From Thermoplasmatota archaeon (GTDB lineage: Archaea > Thermoplasmatota > Poseidoniia > Poseidoniales > Poseidoniaceae), in contig JAYXXD010000001.1 in assembly GCA_036019775.1 (NCBI GenBank), forward strand, positions 3,202 to 67,201: 64,000 bases of DNA, written 5' to 3'. The translations under genes were made by a program, and so were the position numbers. Of this stretch, positions 61,363 through 64,000 are shown piece by piece; positions within the stretch are counted from its first letter, which is position 1, and every line of letters begins with the position of its first letter. The notes below the pieces were generated by a model, which worked only from the letters and a program-made list of their open reading frames with translations, had not been told where the DNA came from and made no database searches.

Positions 61363-63999
61363 TTACAACAAGTCATCAAGGAATGATGTATCTACTGATG
61401 AGGTTGACTTCTGCTGAGTTTTCCCGATATCGAGGTCGTTCAATAGAGAGTCATCTAGGTTGGTTCGTACAGGACTCATTACTGGCATCTGTGGAACATA
61501 CTGCTCTCTGCCGTTTTCTTGACGTTCAATCCGATCAGCAGCTTGGAAGAGCGTGTCGGTTTGAACTGGTGTTGTAGGTGGAGGAGGAGGCACATTTGAC
61601 TGTGAGGGAGTGTTCCACGAGTCATCGCTGATTCCCCAAGTAGCCGCTTGAATATCCCACTCTTTATCTCGCTGGTTTCGCTTTCCTCTTCCACGGAAGA
61701 TGGCGATAAGAAGCAAGAGCGATATGAGAACAAGCCCTGTTGCTACAAGGTTTGGTGTTGTCAGTAATGACTCAAGACCTTCCTCAGGGCTGTCAGTCAA
61801 CTCATCACTTCCAGCATTCACAGCGGTGATTCGTACAGCATCGACCGTTCTTCGAACTTCATTTTCATCAAAGGTTGTTACAGAAATGAACCAGTCCGAC
61901 GAATTTACAAGGCTTTCAAAAATGGTGCTTGTTATTTTGAACGAATTCAAGGTTTGCGTCTCTCCAACAAGTGTTGCATCGGAAATATCCATGAAATCTT
62001 CTGAACTAATGTGTATCTGGTATCCCTTGACATTCAGGTTATTGGAATGATTCCATGTAACCAAGATATCGCTTTCTTCAACCCATTTGAGCGTAATTCC
62101 GTCGATACTCGGCAAATAATTGCCTGGATCAGTTATTCCATCATCTACCGATTGTGCCGAAACGACCGTTAGATCTGTTTTGAATGAATTTGCAGATGAA
62201 TCAACAGGGACAACTGTAACCCAAGTTTCTTGTCCAGGTAGAACTGGCAGGCCACCTGCTAATTCTGAAATGGTTAGTGGAAGAGCAGGGTCCCGACTGA
62301 GAGTGATAATTGGAGCATTGGGCCCATCTGCTCCAACTCCGACGCTTGTAAAGGACCATGATGCAGCATAGATTGCATATTCGGTTACGTCTCCTGCCGT
62401 AGAGAGTTCGAAATCAAGGTTGAGGGCTGAGCCATCATCCATCGGGCGGTCATAGAGGCTAATATTTCGAAGTCTTGGAGGGGGGTTTGTATCCTCAAAA
62501 TTATTGATTGGTGTTACACTTGCAGATAGCAATGCATCAGTGTAAACATTACCTTGGAGGTCATGAACGGTGACGGTTACAAACAACTCAATTCCAGGTT
62601 GAATCAATTGAGGTGTATCAGATGGCCCAAACTGATTGCTTTGCGTTGAATCACCATAGAGTGCAGTATTCAACGTCAACTCAATCGGGTTTTTCTCTTC
62701 ATCAATCCATTGTTTGTCGATAACGATGCAGCCACAATTACTTGAATCATCACCGTAAGAATTCCATAGATACCCAATATCGTCAACAGGTTTGTCAGCT
62801 GCCCAGACTACGTATTTACTGAAATCTCCAGCATCTGAAATTGACCATACAACATCGATTGCAGTCCCATCATCGTTCGGATGGTCGTAAGCTTGTATGC
62901 TTTCAATTCGTGATGGAGGTATTGCAGAACCGTTTGAATTGTCAAGGGGGGTTGCAGTTACAATCTCAACACCATTGAGGTTGCCATTTAGCCAAGTGTC
63001 GAACGCAACAACTCCGATGTAATATTCCAAATTATTGGATAGAGGTAAATCGCCAATCTGAGATATAACGGTTGAATTTTCATCGCAACTGTTGACAACA
63101 CTTGATTCTGAAAATCCTGCCACAGATGTGGGATCTGTGGTGAAAATTACGTCTGTGATGGCGTATACGACATAAAATGCACAATCATCTTCGGGACTGA
63201 TGTCCCACCCGACAGTAATGCGCCCACCTTCATCATCTGGGGTATCAATAGCCCAAACATTTTCCAATTTAGCGGGCGGTATTCCGTCATCAACGCCTCC
63301 CGTTGGAACAACAGGACCAATGATCGTTGCATTCATTACATCTTCTTGTCCAATCAAATCTACACATGTAAATCCAAGCCAGTACGGCTTTCCAGCCTCC
63401 AAATTAAGGATGGTGGTATTTCCTTCTGATGGCACGACAGAGGATTCAACAGAAAGCCCCAGGATGTTTGTCATAGGTTGAGTGGAGGCATAAATTCGAG
63501 TTTCAAGCAGGTCAAGAGCAGTACATCGCGACCATTCAGTTTCCAAATCACCTGGAACTCCACCTTCCAAAGGTTGAGCAGTTGCCCAATTCGGTGGCAT
63601 TGGAACTTCGTTACTGGTAGTTACTGGGCCAAAGACTTGACTTGGTATTCCGAATCTACCATTATTGTACTCTACAACTACAAGCGCATAATATTCGGTA
63701 CCATCTGAAAGTGGCACTCCGTTTGCAGTCGTAATATCAGCTTTCAATCGACTGTGTATGGACTCGGATTTGTCAATGATTCGACTGGTGAGATCGAAAT
63801 CTGTCGGAAGACCGGTCCAGGGTTGATCACTTACATACACTAAGTAGCGGCTGAAATCCGGATCGTGAACTAACGTCCATTCAACGGTTAGAGCACCACC
63901 GCCATCATCAGGTCTGTCATACATGTCTGAAATCTCAACGGGGGTATCCAATCGAACCCAGTCATATGTTAATCGGACCTCTATTGAACCGTTTGATGG
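61363..63999 (-). CDS. Large cell-surface protein with FN3-like repeats and C-terminal TM (5' end beyond window)
   Basis: Frame open to window end; repeated D.P.D.G....V.W....D...Y.VY; TM GLVLISLLLLIAIFRGR; Pro-rich tail. Confidence 0.8.
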   Translation of the reverse strand, partial: PSNGSIEVRLTYDWVRLDTPVEISDMYDRPDDGGGALTVEWTLVHDPDFSRYLVYVSDQPWTGLPTDFDLTSRIIDKSESIHSRLKADITTANGVPLSDGTEYYALVVVEYNNGRFGIPSQVFGPVTTSNEVPMPPNWATAQPLEGGVPGDLETEWSRCTALDLLETRIYASTQPMTNILGLSVESSVVPSEGNTTILNLEAGKPYWLGFTCVDLIGQEDVMNATIIGPVVPTGGVDDGIPPAKLENVWAIDTPDDEGGRITVGWDISPEDDCAFYVVYAITDVIFTTDPTSVAGFSESSVVNSCDENSTVISQIGDLPLSNNLEYYIGVVAFDTWLNGNLNGVEIVTATPLDNSNGSAIPPSRIESIQAYDHPNDDGTAIDVVWSISDAGDFSKYVVWAADKPVDDIGYLWNSYGDDSSNCGCIVIDKQWIDEEKNPIELTLNTALYGDSTQSNQFGPSDTPQLIQPGIELFVTVTVHDLQGNVYTDALLSASVTPINNFEDTNPPPRLRNISLYDRPMDDGSALNLDFELSTAGDVTEYAIYAASWSFTSVGVGADGPNAPIITLSRDPALPLTISELAGGLPVLPGQETWVTVVPVDSSANSFKTDLTVVSAQSVDDGITDPGNYLPSIDGITLKWVEESDILVTWNHSNNLNVKGYQIHISSEDFMDISDATLVGETQTLNSFKITSTIFESLVNSSDWFISVTTFDENEVRRTVDAVRITAVNAGSDELTDSPEEGLESLLTTPNLVATGLVLISLLLLIAIFRGRGKRNQRDKEWDIQAATWGISDDSWNTPSQSNVPPPPPTTPVQTDTLFQAADRIERQENGREQYVPQMPVMSPVRTNLDDSLLNDLDIGKTQQKSTSSVDTSFLDDLL

Positions 64000-64000
64000 A

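Overview
A gene-dense 64 kb archaeal chromosomal window. GatE, MCM, Trm1, RaSEA, two PAC2 chaperones, Pth2, a TFB-like gene and TATA boxes mark it as archaeal. The bacterial-type NAD+ ligase and many large secreted PKD/FN3/FG-GAP proteins suggest Marine Group II (Poseidoniales); that assignment is an inference. It holds about 52 CDS and one tRNA-Arg(GCG); no CRISPR array, IS element or integrase was seen. Best leads: (1) a 653-aa membrane protein that follows the cbb3 oxidase subunit I (CcoN) scaffold but lacks the heme/Cu histidines and ends in two canonical EF-hands; (2) a bacterial-type LigA with an archaeal PCNA-binding-like C-terminus (QPTLFDY); (3) an ORB-like box directly upstream of mcm; (4) an AddAB/AdnAB-like helicase-nuclease pair with Fe-S cysteine sets in both subunits, divergent from an atypical TFB; (5) an operon of two Reeler-like proteins with CxCH/CxxxCH motifs; (6) a probable cobalamin-capture module; (7) a shared uncharacterised domain in two distant hypothetical proteins. 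All family assignments come from motif recognition by eye; no searches were run.
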